Made by a program: the position numbers and the translations under genes
Notes under the pieces: model-generated
The model's database searches: none
Seen by the model: the letters and a program-made list of their open reading frames with translations, nothing else
What the model was told of the DNA's origin: nothing
In this document: in pieces, positions 60,401-64,000 of the stretch
Layout: every line of letters begins with the position of its first letter
Numbering within the stretch: the first letter of the stretch is position 1
Assembly: GCA_043228905.1 (NCBI GenBank)
Contig: JBHGNT010000018.1
Coordinates: 1,736,001-1,800,000, forward strand
Direction of reading: 5' to 3'
Source of the DNA: Azolla caroliniana
Lineage: Eukaryota > Plantae > Polypodiophyta
Length of the DNA stretch: 64,000 bases

Positions 60401-62670
60401 ACAAAGGTAATGCAGAGGTGAGCATATCCATTTCAAACTCCCAAACACTATATTATGCATCAATGACCTAAACGTGGAGTAAAAGATTCAATATTGTTGT
60501 CAATGTGGAATCCTTTGTGTTCAAGAAATTTTAAGGAATACATTTCACATTCCCAAATCTACAAGTTTAGAAATTGAACATGTCATGGACTTAGTAAATG
60601 AACCCCTCAACGCCATTATGTTGCAAATATTGTCCCCAAGTTACAATCGACGATGTCATTCATTCATCTTGTTGGATTCACCTACCCTTGTGATGTGAAT
60701 ACTGAAGTAGGGTAGGGTTTAGATAAGGTTTTCATGCACAACAGAAACACAAGGAAACAAAAGAAAGAAAATAAGACAATATGAAAGGAGATATTACTAG
60801 GCTAGATAACAATTCAATATGAGCATTGAAACAAAGCATCAACACATGCCAACCCTTGAGGAATAGTAATAGACACGAGAGAGTTTAATAAAAGGTACAA
60901 CTCATAGCATGAATGATGAGAAATGCCGGACCAGAGTCAGTTAATCATTAGATGGTAAAGGAAGATAGAGAAATGTACACATCATTAATGATTAAAATCA
61001 TTTCATAGATATTGAAACAAGAAAGAAATTCATACATTCAATAACTAACTTAGTAGCCATAACCTAGACACGTCTTTTTGTTCGCATTCTCATATTGTAT
61101 CCCATCCATAATTTGGTACAAGGGCTCTTTGTCGTACAAGGTACAACGAGTTAAAGTGAAAGTTGAAGCCATAACGTTGCATATGGAGACAAAACACTTT
61201 CACGGGCCATAGTGGACCCATGAGACATAATGAGTCATCACTTGGCAATGATTCATAGTGGGGTAACCATTTGAATATTAGTTGTATCCTTCTACCTTTG
61301 GCGGGATATAATTTTTTGGTTTTAAAGGTAAGCAAGGCCTTGAGGTTTTTTTGTGCCAGCTAAAGATCTTTTGATACAATCATAGTTGTGCTATCGGTAT
61401 GACTATAAAGCAACTTGTGACTCTTTTCGGTCCTTGCTTCTAGAAAATGATTTTGTACCAAGCCATACTTTTTGAAGCATTGAAACTTTATGAGGCGATT
61501 CTATCGTTTTCAAAAGTCTCTAGATGGTGGAAAATGAATTTGTAAAGACATTGTTTAAAATCGTTCTTTTATAAGGCAATCAATGAACATGTAGACCGTT
61601 AAGTTATTTTAATATAGTTAAGTAAATTGTAAGGATTGTAAATCAATAAAAAATCTGAATATTTTTAATAATGAGCAGAATGTTGGACTCATTGCTTTAG
61701 ACTCACACTTATGTTGAACCATATAAGCTCCCACATTACACCACATGTCTATATATATCTAATGGCTTACATACACAACAGTTCTCTAGCACATAATGTC
61801 GTGTTATAATTTATATGTTTTCATTTTTGATCCATTGAAGTGAAGAGTTAGACACCCATGACCCAATGAGGATTGATTGGACATGAAGGATAAAGAGGCG
61901 TTTTATTTCATTTGTTAATGTTGCCAAGAGAGAGACAAATTCTGGAAAAAAACACTCACATCTAATATGGCGATTTGGACATTTGATAACCATTCCACTA
62001 TTTCCTTCATTGGTATTAACATATCATAGGCTCATGTATACTAACCAACCTCACGAGTCAGATTCATGACCTTGTCCTTTATAGATTCTTCCTATCAATG
62101 ACTACCAAAAGTTTCGAGCACATGCATGTGGTTGTCAATAATGTGAATCTCCTTGTGCATGCTCATATACCATAATGAACGAGGAATGGAGCCATTTTGT
62201 ATAAACATGATGCAAAGAACTATAGCAATAGCTGTAAAAAGTTGCTCGGGCAGAAAAAGAGAACTCGTGTGTCAGAAGGTGTTTTGACGATAGAATTGTG
62301 AGGGGTATGTATGGCAGAAAGGTTTACTGGGCAGGAAGCTCGAAGAGAAAGGGTAAATAAAAATTCAGGGACCAAGAGAACAAACTAAAGCTCGAAGAGC
62401 AAGGGTCAATTTAGTATTTAGAAGGAAAGCCCAGTGAGACTAAAGAGTGTATAGATATACAACCTGCACCAACGATTTTCTCTATGTGTCAGTCAGTGTG
62501 TCAATCGCTCGGAAGTTGATTGAGATTCTTCCGAGCTTCGCTTGATGAATCAAACGAGTTTTAGGAAATCATGGGAGCTTCGGAATTAAAAAAGAAGAAG
62601 AGCTCGTGAGATTTGCTTCCCTCGGCGGTCTCTCTTTATGGGCCTTACTTTTGTTCTACCGCAACTGAGA

Positions 62671-62719
62671 GGGGGGTTTGGGGAGGCGGGGGGGGGGGGG
62701 GGGGGGGGGGTGTCAGGGG
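62671..62719 (+). repeat. Poly-G tract, potential G-quadruplex
   Basis: GGGGGG TTT GGGG AGGC, then 23 consecutive G (62688-62710), then TGTCAGGGG. Confidence 0.7.
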
Positions 62720-63054
62720 TCCGATATGAAAATGTGATGCCGATTGGTCGGGTAAAAAGTGTCCTGGTAAAATTGGAGAGTCATTTTTTTGGAAACAAAA
62801 TAAATAAAAATAATAAATAATAAATAATAATAAAATTGGAGAGTCAGGACTCAGGAGAGGGACACACACTATTACTAGAATAAGTGGGTCAACAAAAAAT
62901 AATACAAATTTAATAAATAATTAATAATCATAATAAATCAATAAAAAGATGACTAAAAAGAAAACACGAACCCACACACACAAAAAAAACACAAAATAGA
63001 AAAAAGAAAAAAGAAAAAAGAAGAAGAGAGAAGTAACAACAAAATTGGACACGG

Positions 63055-63186
63055 ATGACGTGGCATGCGGGCGACGTCAGCGAATCTGAATCTCTGCGGA
63101 GCGACTGAGAGAGGCTGACGTCGGCGTGACGTCGGTCCTACGCGATGACAGCGACCGCTGTCACGTGACGGTCAGGTGACGTCATC
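63055..63186. promoter_or_regulatory. GC-rich island with clustered ACGT-core (bZIP-type) motifs
   Basis: TGACGTGG, GACGTCA, TGACGTC x2, TCACGTGA and TGACGTCA within ~130 bp of otherwise AT-rich DNA. No associated gene is visible. Confidence 0.4.
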
Positions 63187-64000
63187 CTATAATTTTCCTT
63201 CTCTCGTTTTTTTTGTTTTCGAGTTTTGCTTTTTGGTTTTTTTGGACGGGAGCTCACATGAGAAAACCGAATAAAGAAAAAGGCAAGCCTTAATAAATAA
63301 AACTTTCTAAATTAATTGGGGTTTATTTTTTCTTCGCTTTTAAAATTTTATTTATTTGTAGTACAAATTTTGGAGAGTGAAGAAAAATAAAAAGAAAAGA
63401 TTAGAATAATTGGGCGGGGGTGTCCAAAAATTGTCACAATTTGAGACACACATACCCAAAACTCACGTGACCTCTTGTCCCTTGGACAACACGAGGAAGT
63501 TCTATGTACCAAAACACGTACCCACACACACATTGACACCCCACGCACACCCCGATACAAGACATATAACATGTGTTCCGGAAGGAAAAAACAATCGACC
63601 CGAAGCCCTCCCTCGTCTTCCCTGCAATCTCGTCTTCTTAAAAGTCAACATGAGAGCGAAGACAAGAAGAGGAACGAAAAGAAAACCTTCCCTTTCTTTC
63701 TTTGATGACGATTCACGAATCGCTATATAAGCTTGACATCGACTTGAATATTATCAGTACCTTTTCTGCTCTCTCAGAACCTAAGGATGGATAGTATATC
63801 GTGAACCCACCTGTTACACACACACACACACAATGTGCATTCAAGTCACAATTAATCCAACGAAACGTACCATTTTCCTATTCAATATGTGAATATTTCT
63901 GTTAAAACTTTCATGCACGTACATGTGTAGATAATGCTTACTCAAAGGGCTTCTTAAAGTCTCTTCTTGCTTCATATATATATGTGTGTGTGTGCGTGCA

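Noticed and set aside
57500-62250. Decayed MULE transposase (SWIM-like WACKCTMSRKAYG at ~58750)
   Set aside because: Only a partial motif, lacking the CxH end, with no DDE domain recognisable; needs a profile search.

Overview
Eukaryotic plant nuclear DNA: AT-rich, with GT-AG introns and AG/CT microsatellites. The style of the PLS-class PPR suggests a fern or other seed-free plant, but that is inference. Four apparently intact genes are present: (1) a PLS-class PPR-E/E+ gene on the minus strand that runs off the left edge at what looks like the DYW deaminase motif; (2) a 13-exon purple acid phosphatase of the nucleotide pyrophosphatase/phosphodiesterase type; (3) an intronless PORR-domain organellar RNA-binding protein with an acidic repeat tail; (4) a 3-exon U-box/ARM E3 ligase (SAUL1/PUB43-44-like) with a ~6 kb intron. 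The rest is mostly mobile-element debris: two decayed L1-like LINEs, a nest of Ty1/copia pieces inside the first LINE (including same-family copies in inverted orientation), a full-length copia inside another copia, tRNA-derived SINEs, MITEs and many local tandem duplications. There is also an intron-retaining SHMT gene fragment and probable decayed PPR remnants. I found no clearly novel multi-gene system. The least explained signals are an array of four conserved-stem/variable-loop hairpins just upstream of the U-box gene, an atypical DYW-type C-terminus, and a C-terminal domain shared by the two LINEs.
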